Shown one piece after another: positions 1 through 8,679 of a stretch of DNA of 64,000 nucleotides. Both the position numbers and the translations under genes were made by a program. The first letter of the stretch is position 1; each line of letters starts with the position of its first letter. The DNA lies in IMG/VR virus record IMGVR_UViG_3300035670_000008, positions 1-64,000 of that record; one strand, given 5' to 3'. Below the pieces are notes generated by a model. The model saw only the letters and a list, made by a program, of their open reading frames with translations, searched no databases and had not been told where the DNA came from.

Positions 1-193
1 CGTGGAAGACTTCGTCAGTCTCTTCCTCTTCGTCGTTGTCATGGATAAAGCGGACAGGCTCCCGGTCGGGGTGGAGTTCAAACCACTCCTCTTCTGTAAT
101 CTCTACGGTCTGTCCGTCGCGACGGACAAAGATACCGCTAGAGGGGGGTTTGATGATGGGTGTGTCGGAGATTAAATAGACGTCAAGAGACAT
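1..193 (-). CDS. hypothetical phage protein, truncated by window edge
   Basis: ATG at 193, open frame MSLDVYLISDTPIIKPPSSGIFVRRDGQ... runs to position 1; not in ORF track. Confidence 0.6.
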   Translation of the reverse strand, partial: MSLDVYLISDTPIIKPPSSGIFVRRDGQTVEITEEEWFELHPDREPVRFIHDNDEEEETDEVFH

Positions 194-196
194 AAT

Positions 197-221
197 AAAA
201 GCGGGGGCCTGTACGCCCCCG
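197..221 (-). terminator. intrinsic terminator-like hairpin
   Basis: CGGGGGC-6nt-GCCCCCG followed by CTTTT on the minus strand, just after the stop at 229. Confidence 0.6.
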
Positions 222-228
222 ATGTAGG

Positions 229-846
229 TTATACGGTAGTTAGTGCTTGCGCCTGTCGTTTCTCCAGGTAGGTCAGTTTAGCTAGCGCTTGCGCGAGTTG
301 GGCTTTGGTGGCAGCTAGTTCTGCTTGGGTTTGCTCTAGCTGAATTTGGAGCTGGCGCTTGGTGGGTCCTTCGGTATTGTGATTTTCTATTTCACTCCAA
401 TACGTGTCTAGGGTTAATTCTTCTTCAAGGCGCCCTGCCGCAAGTTGCTCTTTATACCATCGAATCACTTTAAGAGTGCGACACAACCGCATACACTTCT
501 TGACAGTCTCAGCGTCGGTGTCGTCCTGCATCCCTAGCTTAAGGACAATGCCCCAATTTTCAGCTAAGTTTATGTAGTCGTTAGCGGTAGTCTTACTCCA
601 GCCGCATTGCCGTAGATAGTCCTCCCAACCAGTGAAGGTGCCCATATCGGTTTCTACAGGGTTGCTTTTTGTAGCTGGCTTTAGTAAGTTGCGAATTTGG
701 ATAAGAGCGTCCCCGCTATCTTTATAGTGTTGGATAGCCCGCATCTTGGTGCGTTGTGCTAATTCGTACTCTTTCTCTGCTTTAGCTTTTGAAGCCATGG
801 CGCTGTCGTGGAGCTGTGTTATACTTAACATATACCTTTGTGTCAC
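229..846 (-). CDS. DUF3102-like putative DNA-binding protein with C-terminal coiled coil
   Basis: SGDALIQIR...WEDYLRQCGWSKTTANDYINLA resembles the DUF3102 pattern; heptad-rich C-terminus. Confidence 0.5.
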   Translation of the reverse strand: MTQRYMLSITQLHDSAMASKAKAEKEYELAQRTKMRAIQHYKDSGDALIQIRNLLKPATKSNPVETDMGTFTGWEDYLRQCGWSKTTANDYINLAENWGIVLKLGMQDDTDAETVKKCMRLCRTLKVIRWYKEQLAAGRLEEELTLDTYWSEIENHNTEGPTKRQLQIQLEQTQAELAATKAQLAQALAKLTYLEKRQAQALTTV

Positions 847-889
847 TTAAATGAATAAACTTCTGTTGGCTGCTACCAACATAAGCCCT

Positions 890-921
890 AAATAAACGTC
901 CGGAATTCCGGACGTTTATTT
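890..921. repeat. perfect 32-bp palindrome
   Basis: AAATAAACGTCCGGAA|TTCCGGACGTTTATTT, no loop, intergenic. Confidence 0.95.
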
Positions 922-986
922 TATTCTAGTATAAGTTATATTCCTTAAAGCGACAATATAGGTGTATGCAAAAAAGAACAACAAAT

Positions 987-1316
987 CTATACTTGTTTGT
1001 GTTTCTCTACCTCTAGGGAAATAAGGTTCCAGTCCCACAGGAGATTGTAGATAACCTTGTTGACGGTGCCTATCTTCCCGTAGAGGCAGTCTCCTTCTAT
1101 CTTGGCGGTGCGGGGTATGTACCGTTTGATGTTAGGAACGTTCAGTAGGTTGATAGGGGCAGGTAAGCCTTCCCCTACAGCGTAGATATGTAGGAAGCAG
1201 TAGCCGTAGATAGGTCCGTGCTGTATGGTGCAATTCAGTCTGTACATTGTGATAACTCCGCTCGGAAGGTGGACATGTGGGAGACTACGGATGTGGGCGC
1301 GTTGTTTCTGGAACAT
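987..1316 (-). CDS. hypothetical protein (start possibly near 1247)
   Basis: ORF in the co-directional gene run. Confidence 0.5.
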   Translation of the reverse strand: MFQKQRAHIRSLPHVHLPSGVITMYRLNCTIQHGPIYGYCFLHIYAVGEGLPAPINLLNVPNIKRYIPRTAKIEGDCLYGKIGTVNKVIYNLLWDWNLISLEVEKHKQV

Positions 1317-1708
1317 CGACTAGTTACCTCTACCTCAAATTTAGGTTCGTAGGTAAATCGAATCCATCCCCACCACTCTCCACCCCACTTATCAATACAG
1401 TTAGGGTGGTACGTTAGAGTTGCATACTCGATAAACTCCTCTAGTTCTGCGAGGTAGGTTTGCTTTAAGTCGTTACGCTGTGTTTCTCCTACATATATGT
1501 CTACTTTGCTAGAGCACTCTAGTGGGTTAGCGATTAGCTTCAATGCTACAGAAGTGACGCCCTGCTCTACCAACTCGTCGAAGATACGGAGTATCTCGTC
1601 GTGCCGTTTGTAGTAATACTCTGAGGGCTGGTAGAAAACTTTGGATTTGGGTTTGTAGACGTTGGTGAAGTCACGAAACTCCTTGATGTGTCTGATGGAC
1701 TTAAGCAT
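1235..1708 (-). CDS. hypothetical protein
   Basis: ORF with TAATG coupling to the upstream gene. Confidence 0.6.
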   Translation of the reverse strand: MLKSIRHIKEFRDFTNVYKPKSKVFYQPSEYYYKRHDEILRIFDELVEQGVTSVALKLIANPLECSSKVDIYVGETQRNDLKQTYLAELEEFIEYATLTYHPNCIDKWGGEWWGWIRFTYEPKFEVEVTSRCSRNNAPTSVVSHMSTFRAELSQCTD

Positions 1709-2031
1709 TACTGTTGACTCAAATCGTCTAGGGTGTTTTTGTATCGCTCTCTAATTTCTTGCACCGCGGCTTCAAACTTCTTTTGTCGCTTAAAGTGCTC
1801 CCGCCTAATCATACCTTCCAGCCGCGTTAGCTCAGGGCAGATGTTAGTGTAGCTCCGCAGCTCCTCTAACAACTGCTCTGCTTCATCAAGCTTCCGCTCG
1901 TCGATAAAGACGTAGCAGTCGTGGATGGCGCGGCGGAAGGAGTCCTTAAAGATTTCGATGTCGAAGTAGTAACCGAAGACCTTGACGTAGATGCAGCGGT
2001 AGTAGCGGTTGCCGTAGTTGCTAATCTTCAT
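1708..2031 (-). CDS. hypothetical protein
   Basis: tightly packed ORF. Confidence 0.6.
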   Translation of the reverse strand: MKISNYGNRYYRCIYVKVFGYYFDIEIFKDSFRRAIHDCYVFIDERKLDEAEQLLEELRSYTNICPELTRLEGMIRREHFKRQKKFEAAVQEIRERYKNTLDDLSQQ

Positions 2032-2034
2032 ACT

Positions 2035-2385
2035 TTACCCCCGGTCGTTCTCCACCAACTCGTAGTTGATGATGTGGTAATACTCATCTAACATACGGTC
2101 TTTGCTCTCTACGGCGTCGATAAACTCTTGGTAGCTCAAGTACATATAGACAAAGCCGTCTCGGACTCCGAAGCTATCACCTTCCATGTCTTCGTCGTAG
2201 TCGCCGAAGCTGACGTATAGGTTCATCAAATCGTCTTCTTTACCTACCCCAAGGACTTCCGCGCCGCGGTACCTCGGGACTCTTGCAATTACCTTTCCGC
2301 AGGAGCACATAAGGTCGATGTTATCTTCCATGTTAAGGAAGACAGGGACATGGCCTAGGTGGGCTCTTAATTCTTTGTAGTTCAT
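2035..2385 (-). CDS. hypothetical protein
   Basis: tightly packed ORF. Confidence 0.6.
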   Translation of the reverse strand: MNYKELRAHLGHVPVFLNMEDNIDLMCSCGKVIARVPRYRGAEVLGVGKEDDLMNLYVSFGDYDEDMEGDSFGVRDGFVYMYLSYQEFIDAVESKDRMLDEYYHIINYELVENDRG

Positions 2386-2792
2386 AGCTTACTCAGGTCT
2401 AGTAGGTCAGCGTAGCCAAAGCTACCATCCTCAACGGTTATGATATAACGTACTCTTCCATCCCATAGCACTCGGATTGCATCGTAATTAGCTTTGGGCT
2501 TCTCCGTTGCTCTGTAGTAGGGTACCCCTGCTAGGATGAGCAGCTCGGAAAAGAAAACATCTAAGTTTAGGTACGTAATATCTACTGCAGACTTATTACT
2601 CTTTTGTAGGTATTTCCATACGTTGAGGTACAGCTTTACTTTCAAGTCATCCAAATCTGTGAATATTTGGTAGCTTACTTTAGCGGTTTCTTCTGTAGCC
2701 CACGACCAATGCAGCGTTGCTCCTGTTTTTGCGCTGCTCATATCTGCTCCTCGAAGCGTCCGTCTACGAACTCTAAATAGCTTCGTACCCAC
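2382..2792 (-). CDS. hypothetical protein (start likely MSSAK near 2741)
   Basis: ORF with ATGA coupling. Confidence 0.55.
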   Translation of the reverse strand: MGTKLFRVRRRTLRGADMSSAKTGATLHWSWATEETAKVSYQIFTDLDDLKVKLYLNVWKYLQKSNKSAVDITYLNLDVFFSELLILAGVPYYRATEKPKANYDAIRVLWDGRVRYIITVEDGSFGYADLLDLSKL

Positions 2793-2959
2793 ACCACTCC
2801 GTCTTTCAGCGCGGCGTAGGTAACTAAGATTTCTTTGGTATCGACGTGGGTGCCGGCGGTGATAACTCGATACACTCCGCCGGTGCGGAGGTGCTTAAAG
2901 GTCTTACCGATTAGTTCTCTGGGGCTCATTGTTTTAGTCATCAGTATCGTCTTCCTCAA
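2738..2959 (-). CDS. DUF1653 domain protein
   Basis: FKHLRTGGVYRV...THVDTKEILVTY...VWVRSYLEF.DGRF. Confidence 0.8.
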   Translation of the reverse strand: MRKTILMTKTMSPRELIGKTFKHLRTGGVYRVITAGTHVDTKEILVTYAALKDGVVWVRSYLEFVDGRFEEQI

Positions 2960-3170
2960 TTAGAACGACGTTTATGTCTGGGGTGTCGACGTATTCAGCG
3001 TGGGGATTAATGTAGCGGTAGATTAGGTCTTCTACTGCTTCTACTGCTTCTTCTTCGCTATCTGCGTCGACTTCGATATTCATTTCTAGGCGGACTTGGG
3101 CGCTGTATTTAGACATGGTAATTATGAATGATGGAGTATCGTAGTTAAAAGTGACTCCTAACGTATTCAA
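2934..3170 (-). CDS. small acidic hypothetical protein
   Basis: IEVDADSEEEAVE motif common in small phage proteins. Confidence 0.6.
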   Translation of the reverse strand: MNTLGVTFNYDTPSFIITMSKYSAQVRLEMNIEVDADSEEEAVEAVEDLIYRYINPHAEYVDTPDINVVLIEEDDTDD

Positions 3171-3423
3171 GCCAGGCGTGAAGAACTGAGTTAGCTAGGT
3201 CTTTGTCGGTCATTGCGCTTAGCTCTTCTTTGTTGTATGAGCCTTCACCGGCCCAGTCGGCTTCCTGCACACACCATTCTCTTTCTTCAGCGGTCATAGG
3301 GCGCAGGATTTCATTAGAGCAGTATCTGTGTAGCATAGCTTCTTTAAAAGTGCATAAGCACCCGTGTTCGGTCTTGTCATAGCCACATGGACACTTGATA
3401 GGGATGTCTTGAAATAGTGCCAT
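3145..3423 (-). CDS. hypothetical protein
   Basis: packed ORF, Cys-rich N-terminus. Confidence 0.55.
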   Translation of the reverse strand: MALFQDIPIKCPCGYDKTEHGCLCTFKEAMLHRYCSNEILRPMTAEEREWCVQEADWAGEGSYNKEELSAMTDKDLANSVLHAWLEYVRSHF

Positions 3424-3427
3424 ATTC

Positions 3428-3808
3428 TTAGATAAGAGGGTCGCTGTATTGATTCAGTTCTTCTTTATGCTCCCGTAGGTACGTCAAGCACTTCACCAGT
3501 GCCGAACGGGAAAAGTCGGGGCACTCGATGCAGGCCCGGAAGCCTTCGCGGTGGTCACCGTTAAGGATAAAGAAGCACTCCGCGTTGCCTAAGACTAAGG
3601 CAGTGGTATCACAACCGTAGTCCTTACGACTGGAGGGGTGGTTGTTGTAGGAGATATACCAGTGCTTGCTATGGGTATCCACGTCGTCGGTGCGGTTGGG
3701 CACGACCATAGGGATACCGCCCAGCATTTCAAAGTGTCCTGTGTTAGCCATGGAACACCACCTGGGCGCCGTCGCCAATATCATTGTTAGCCCACACTTC
3801 ATTTCCAT
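3428..3808 (-). CDS. hypothetical phage protein
   Basis: YISYN...DYGCDTTALV...FFILNGDHR motif seen in phage hypotheticals. Confidence 0.6.
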   Translation of the reverse strand: MEMKCGLTMILATAPRWCSMANTGHFEMLGGIPMVVPNRTDDVDTHSKHWYISYNNHPSSRKDYGCDTTALVLGNAECFFILNGDHREGFRACIECPDFSRSALVKCLTYLREHKEELNQYSDPLI

Positions 3809-4013
3809 TATTGTCGATGGTCTTGAAGAAGATGTAGACAGCGCCGCTGGGCATAGTAACGTACATTAAGTCTTCCTGCACGGCGGCAACTCGTCCTTCT
3901 GACCTGACAGTGCTGCTACCGCAGCCACGCCAGCCGTTAGAAGTGAGTTCCGCGCCGATGTAGTCTACCTCTACGGTGACTTTTTGGTGGAGTAGTTTAG
4001 CTTTGGCTTCCAT
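3744..4013 (-). CDS. hypothetical protein
   Basis: packed ORF. Confidence 0.5.
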   Translation of the reverse strand: MEAKAKLLHQKVTVEVDYIGAELTSNGWRGCGSSTVRSEGRVAAVQEDLMYVTMPSGAVYIFFKTIDNNGNEVWANNDIGDGAQVVFHG

Positions 4014-4821
4014 ATTGGTCTGGGGTAGTAGCGACAGGGGCAGTAATGGTTTCTTCGCCGTATAGCAGCACAGCTAGCGAGTAGAGCTTATCGATAACGC
4101 CGACCTCTTCAGCATAAGACAAGGCTGACTTACGTTGGTTCTTAGCCCGGGTGACTAGGTCAACGTGGTGGCGGTAGCGGTATTCCCGGTACAAGTCTCC
4201 CCACAGTTTTTGGTAGGACTCCCCGGTACGATACGCGTAGCTACGCAGCAGTTCGTTAAGGCTGGAGCGGATGGACTTTTCGGGTACCTCTTCCATAGCA
4301 GCAGGCAGCGCTAGGATTTCCTTATCCACCCGGTCGAAGCGGCCTTCAATCACCTTCAGGCGGGTGTCTTGTTCTAGCAACGCGCGGGCCTGTTCTTGTT
4401 GACGTTGCTCCACGGCGATGATGGCTTCGGCTTGTAGTCTTAACAGCTCGCCGGGGCTTAGAGGTTGTTGGGTGTAGCTTCCGGTCTTACGAATTGCGGG
4501 TAGTACTTCCGAAGTGACCCAGCGTTTAAATGCTTTGGCTTGCGGCTTGTGGCTGCCTAAAACAGCAGAGTAAAGACCGGACTCATTGATGATAGAGAGC
4601 CTGAAAGTATTGCTGCCAAAGGTTTGTCCCAAAATGGGAGAATCCATTCCGTTGGGGTTAATAGTTTGTTTGTCCTCTTCGTCAACATGCTCTAGCAGTT
4701 TTGCAGGGTTTGAATATTCTAGTACAGCGGCTACTTCTTTAGCCACGAACCAAGGTGTGTCGTCAATAGTGATGACGCTAATGGTTTGGGTGTTGAAATC
4801 GAAAGTATTCAGGTTGCTCAT
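3997..4821 (-). CDS. Bro-N domain (antirepressor-like) DNA-binding protein, Bro-1
   Basis: PWFVAKEVAAVLEY...INESGLYSAVLGSHKPQAKAFKRWVTSEVLPAIRKTGSY. Confidence 0.92.
   Translation of the reverse strand: MSNLNTFDFNTQTISVITIDDTPWFVAKEVAAVLEYSNPAKLLEHVDEEDKQTINPNGMDSPILGQTFGSNTFRLSIINESGLYSAVLGSHKPQAKAFKRWVTSEVLPAIRKTGSYTQQPLSPGELLRLQAEAIIAVEQRQQEQARALLEQDTRLKVIEGRFDRVDKEILALPAAMEEVPEKSIRSSLNELLRSYAYRTGESYQKLWGDLYREYRYRHHVDLVTRAKNQRKSALSYAEEVGVIDKLYSLAVLLYGEETITAPVATTPDQYGSQS
4620..4646. repeat. in-frame quasi-palindrome in Bro-1 (encodes DSPILGQT)
   Basis: aggtttgtccc-aaaat-gggagaatcca, 8 of 11 arm positions pair. Confidence 0.6.
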
Positions 4822-4859
4822 AGTTAGGGTAAAATCCTTAGAAAATTAGGGTGAATAAA

Positions 4860-5054
4860 ATGGCAGACCTTTATGAAAAGACCTACCACGCTGCGTTGGA
4901 TTGGGCGAAGCGGCACTACCCCAACGCGAGTAAATACCACGTGGCTGCGTTTGGAGACTCCGTGGTCTACTTGGTGACCGGAGCCTCAACTTCTTTAGGG
5001 GGAGGGCCTTCGATAAGAGAAGTACTTTCTTTCTTATGGCAGGAGGTAGTTTAA
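4860..5054 (+). pseudogene. 5' half of a gene interrupted by the paralogue+HNH insertion
   Basis: MADLYEKTYHAALDW...GGGPSIRE aligns with the N-terminus of the 5058..5507 product. Confidence 0.75.
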
Positions 5055-5057
5055 GTT

Positions 5058-5507
5058 ATGGACATCATTAAGATGTATCACCGCGCTCATAAATGGGGAT
5101 TAAATCATCACAGCGCGGCTCATCCTCAACACCACCGCTCCTTTGCTGCAGCAGTAGCTCAGCTATGCTGTGACGACCCAAAGGAGCCACTGAACAAAAG
5201 GGAGACGCTACTCCTAGAACTTTTACAGATTAGCGGCGGTCCGACGTGCCGTGAAGGTGCAGCAATATGGGCAGCCTATGGTAAAGGCGACTCGGTTAAG
5301 TCTAAGCATGAAGGTATGACTATCTTTTATGTAGACCCTAAGGTTAAGCGTCCAGGTACCTGGACGTTCGACGAAGCAGTTGAGCATTGTGAGCCTTACT
5401 GCTACGGCGAGCTAACTAAGTTGCACCTCGAAGTTTCCAGAACTGACCCGTGCTTTGATGACCCGCCGGAAGATTTGTTATCCTTGAAGAAACTATTATC
5501 TTCTTAA
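5058..5507 (+). CDS. hypothetical protein, full-length paralogue of the interrupted gene
   Basis: N-half matches 4860..5021 and C-half matches 6142..6396. Confidence 0.8.
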   Translation: MDIIKMYHRAHKWGLNHHSAAHPQHHRSFAAAVAQLCCDDPKEPLNKRETLLLELLQISGGPTCREGAAIWAAYGKGDSVKSKHEGMTIFYVDPKVKRPGTWTFDEAVEHCEPYCYGELTKLHLEVSRTDPCFDDPPEDLLSLKKLLSS

Positions 5508-5509
5508 GG

Positions 5510-6136
5510 ATGTCTAGAAAAGACTTAACGGGACAAAGGTTTGGGCAACTTATAGCGCTGGAGCCCGCAGAAAAACTTAAAGGAAAAAGCACTTGGCTTT
5601 GTCAGTGTGACTGTGGTGAGATGACTATCGTCCAGACTAAGCGTTTAACTACTGGACATACAAAGTCGTGTGGTTGTCTTCAAAGAACCATAACTTTGAA
5701 GCATGGCTTAGCTAGGTCGAAGACCTACCAGGCATGGCGCAATATGAAGTGTCGTTGTTTGTTGAAAACCAGAAAAAGGTGGAAGGACTACGGAGGTCGG
5801 GGAATAACTGTAGACCCAAGTTGGATGGACTTTGAAAACTTCTTAAGAGACATGGGCGAAGCTCCTCCAGGTATGTCCCTTGAGCGTGTCGATAACGATG
5901 GCAACTACTGTAAAGAGAATTGTATATGGGCAAGCTGGGAAGACCAGTATCGTAATCGTAGGACGAGTATTCTTATAACTTTGGAAGGGGAAACCAAAAC
6001 TATATCGGAGTGGTGTAGGCACTACGGCATCAACAGAAGCGTTTACGTGTCTCGAACTAAAAGAGGGTGGAGCATAGAAGCTGCTTTGACTACTCCGGTG
6101 GATAGTCGTTTTCATCCGAAGAAATATTGTGGCTAG
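5510..6136 (+). CDS. HNH-family homing endonuclease
   Basis: DLTGQRFG..WLCQCDCG..KSCGC..YGGRGI..SLERVDNDGNYCKENC.W. Confidence 0.9.
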   Translation: MSRKDLTGQRFGQLIALEPAEKLKGKSTWLCQCDCGEMTIVQTKRLTTGHTKSCGCLQRTITLKHGLARSKTYQAWRNMKCRCLLKTRKRWKDYGGRGITVDPSWMDFENFLRDMGEAPPGMSLERVDNDGNYCKENCIWASWEDQYRNRRTSILITLEGETKTISEWCRHYGINRSVYVSRTKRGWSIEAALTTPVDSRFHPKKYCG

Positions 6137-6141
6137 TAAAC

Positions 6142-6396
6142 GACTTAGTTAGCTGGAGTCTGATGGGGCCTAAGGGTCAGTGGAGTAAAGTCCAAACCGA
6201 CAAGGGGGAGCTGACTGCTCTATTCCCAGATGGGTCGATGACCCCTGCAGGGGAGTGGGAGTTCGATGCTGCCTGCGGTCACGCAGCGGTCATCTGCTTT
6301 GGGGAGCTACCTCCAATAGCAAAGGTCATCTCTCAACAGGAATTCTGCTTTGACGATGACCCTGCAGATATGGATGCGCTAGCGGAGATGGATTAG
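6142..6396 (+). pseudogene. 3' half of the interrupted gene (may be translated from TTG 6127)
   Basis: GEWEFDAACGHAAVICFGEL...CFDDDPAD vs GTWTFDEAVEHCEPYCYGEL...CFDDPPED. Confidence 0.75.
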
Positions 6397-6638
6397 AGTA
6401 CGCTTAACTGTACGTCGTCGATTTGAATAAGTTCTATTTGGGTGGGCTCCCCGTCGGTGCCGTAGTGGACAATCACGCCGGGGGCTACTTCTTCGCTTTC
6501 GACGACTTCGCTGTAGCCAATGCTAAAGGTTGCGGCCTTGTCATTAATATTGACCCGTAGGGTACGTAGGATAGCTTTGGTGCGGGGGTCAATTGGGTTC
6601 GGGGTTGTTGACTTGTAGTCTTGTGGTGATGTTGTCAT
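6393..6638 (-). CDS. DUF2283 domain protein
   Basis: VVESEEVAPGVIVHYGTDGEPTQIEL. Confidence 0.7.
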   Translation of the reverse strand: MTTSPQDYKSTTPNPIDPRTKAILRTLRVNINDKAATFSIGYSEVVESEEVAPGVIVHYGTDGEPTQIELIQIDDVQLSVL

Positions 6639-6650
6639 GTTTGCATGTGC

Positions 6651-6947
6651 TCAAGTTCGCACGTCTAGTAATACGTTTTCAATCTTGTAGCGGCGGACGT
6701 GAAAGCCCTGCTTAGGCAGCTCTTCTACCAGTTTGTACATCCGCTCCAGCAGCGTTTCGTAGTCCTTGTGCCGTCCGGTGATGAAGGAGTCCAGGTTGCT
6801 GGGGATTCCCTTCTGCATAAAGAGCTTAGCTAACCGGAAGTCCTGCGTAGCTATGGTCTGTTTCAATTGGTCTACTTCGGTGGAGTCCAGAACTGGGTCT
6901 ATGGTAATGTGACACTCGAAGTAGTACTCAGTAGTTGGGTTACTCAT
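6651..6947 (-). CDS. hypothetical protein
   Basis: FECHITI...VRRYKIE phage hypothetical pattern. Confidence 0.6.
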   Translation of the reverse strand: MSNPTTEYYFECHITIDPVLDSTEVDQLKQTIATQDFRLAKLFMQKGIPSNLDSFITGRHKDYETLLERMYKLVEELPKQGFHVRRYKIENVLLDVRT

Positions 6948-7255
6948 GCTGTTAGCCAGAATATATCGTCTTCTTCTTCAATCCACTCTGAACCGTCGTA
7001 TTCGCGGATAACGAATCGCTTCCCTATTGATACCCATTCGACCTCTAACGAGTCAGTTCCTCTTAAGTTACTGTACTCGCTGTAGTGTTGTTTACAGTAG
7101 GTATTGATTTCTTCTACTGTAGCGTCGTTGAGAACTAGGGTCGCTAAAGTTGGGTCGAATACTAACCTATCATCACCGTGTCGGGTATACCAACCAACTA
7201 TAGACATAGGAGTATACAACACGGCTACTTTTCCATCTTTGACTAATTTATTCAC
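6944..7255 (-). CDS. conserved phage hypothetical protein
   Basis: KDGKVAVLY..GW.T...LEVEWV..G..F.I.EYDGSE pattern. Confidence 0.7.
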   Translation of the reverse strand: MNKLVKDGKVAVLYTPMSIVGWYTRHGDDRLVFDPTLATLVLNDATVEEINTYCKQHYSEYSNLRGTDSLEVEWVSIGKRFVIREYDGSEWIEEEDDIFWLTA

Positions 7256-7263
7256 TTTGGCTC

Positions 7264-7560
7264 CTAGTAAAAATGTTGTTCGTCGTAATCATCTTCGTAG
7301 GTAACACCATTGAACTCCGCAAGGTCGGGCAGTGCGGGTTTTAGTGCTGCTGCAATAGCGTCATGCAGCTTGGACAGGACTTCTTTCTGTGGGAAGGCTA
7401 CATAGTTCTCGGTGTAGTAGCCGGGGTCTTCGGGAGACTTACTAAGGTCTACTTTCTCCAACCACAGAACTTCTTCAAATCCTTCGTCTTCGTCAAGCCC
7501 GTCGATACGGTAGAAGTGGGTTGGGTATTCCGTTTCGCGAATGATGATTTCAATACTCAT
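7264..7560 (-). CDS. hypothetical protein
   Basis: packed ORF. Confidence 0.55.
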   Translation of the reverse strand: MSIEIIIRETEYPTHFYRIDGLDEDEGFEEVLWLEKVDLSKSPEDPGYYTENYVAFPQKEVLSKLHDAIAAALKPALPDLAEFNGVTYEDDYDEQHFY

Positions 7561-7570
7561 TGTCTATTAC

Positions 7571-8104
7571 CTAAAAGAAGGCTACCCAAGATGCATGGCT
7601 GACATTGCCGGCGTCAATTTGTTTTCTTCCGGGCAGTGTTACGGTGGTGACGCCGCTTACTAGATACACCAGTCCATTGATGTCATCGTAGGAGCTGCCG
7701 TTGGAGTTGCTGTCATGGTAGTAAAGCTCTAGGTTTAGCTTGGTCTTGTAGTAGAAGTCTTTGCAGACTCTTTCCCACGCAGCTACGAGTTCTTTTATTT
7801 TCTCTTTGATTAACTTGTCCAACTTATCATCGGTGAGTTGTTCGTCATCAAGATCACCTACTAGCGCTTCTGCTAGGCTCTCTTCGTCGCCATATTCAAG
7901 CGCGATATAAAGAGTTTCTTCATCGTGATTCGCTAGGTATTTCTGTATGGTATCCCAGCCGTCTAACTGTAGGGACTCCAGCCACTTAGCCTCTGCTACC
8001 CAGCCGGAGCTGGCTCCGTATCCCATTCCCATTAATCTTCCTCCATTACTAAGCTTAATCGAATGTCGTCGGCTCCGTGGAGCTCGTCTGCTTTGACTGA
8101 CCAC
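7571..8104 (-). CDS. hypothetical protein (start likely MGMGY near 8032)
   Basis: packed ORF. Confidence 0.6.
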   Translation of the reverse strand: MVSQSRRAPRSRRHSIKLSNGGRLMGMGYGASSGWVAEAKWLESLQLDGWDTIQKYLANHDEETLYIALEYGDEESLAEALVGDLDDEQLTDDKLDKLIKEKIKELVAAWERVCKDFYYKTKLNLELYYHDSNSNGSSYDDINGLVYLVSGVTTVTLPGRKQIDAGNVSHASWVAFF

Positions 8105-8316
8105 TCCTTCATCCCGTTGGGGGACTGGTGGAGATAGAAGGTGAAGCGGCGGGGGTCTTCTCCGTGTTCTTCGACAGTAACTTTACCGTTACTGAAGTCA
8201 ACTACGCGGGCGGGGATGGAAAAGATGCTTTCGTAGCCACCGCTGACGTAATCCCAGTCGGCGTAGATTAGGTGAACGGTGGCATGTAGATTATTCAAGT
8301 TGACTGTAGTTACCAT
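8032..8316 (-). CDS. hypothetical protein
   Basis: packed ORF. Confidence 0.55.
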   Translation of the reverse strand: MVTTVNLNNLHATVHLIYADWDYVSGGYESIFSIPARVVDFSNGKVTVEEHGEDPRRFTFYLHQSPNGMKEWSVKADELHGADDIRLSLVMEED

Positions 8317-8319
8317 GGT

Positions 8320-8679
8320 TTAAAAGTCTTGTAAAGGTTCTTCTTCTGCTTGCTCTTTGCTTTTTTCTGTCGCTTCGCCGCAAAGGAAGTCTAATACTCC
8401 GTCTGAGAAGCCCACTTTAGTTAGCTGGAAGTATTGTTCTAAGAGCCTCCTCATAGAGGCTTTATCCTTTTCTTCTAACGGGTCAGTTAGAACATTAATG
8501 ATTTCTTCTGAGCCTACCTGCGCTACGGCAGCTTCAATCTCTTCTTTGCTATGGCCTAAGGCTTTGATAAGACACATCAGCTGGGCGCTCAGCACCATAT
8601 TCAGCAGCGCATCTTCGTAATAAGCAGTCTCCACCTGTTTCTGGCGGTGGCTAGCAGCGGTTAGGGTTTGTTTCTTCAC
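8320..8679 (-). CDS. hypothetical protein
   Basis: packed ORF. Confidence 0.55.
   Translation of the reverse strand: MKKQTLTAASHRQKQVETAYYEDALLNMVLSAQLMCLIKALGHSKEEIEAAVAQVGSEEIINVLTDPLEEKDKASMRRLLEQYFQLTKVGFSDGVLDFLCGEATEKSKEQAEEEPLQDF

Larger units (their letters stand above)
5022..6141 (+). mobile_element. about 1.1-kb homing-endonuclease cassette (intact paralogue + HNH gene)
   Basis: removing 5022..6141 restores an in-frame gene reading GGPSIRE|DLVSW. Confidence 0.65.

Noticed and set aside
5022-6141. Self-splicing intron (insert begins GT and ends AC)
   Set aside because: The insert is almost entirely filled by two ORFs, with no room or motifs for a group I or II ribozyme.
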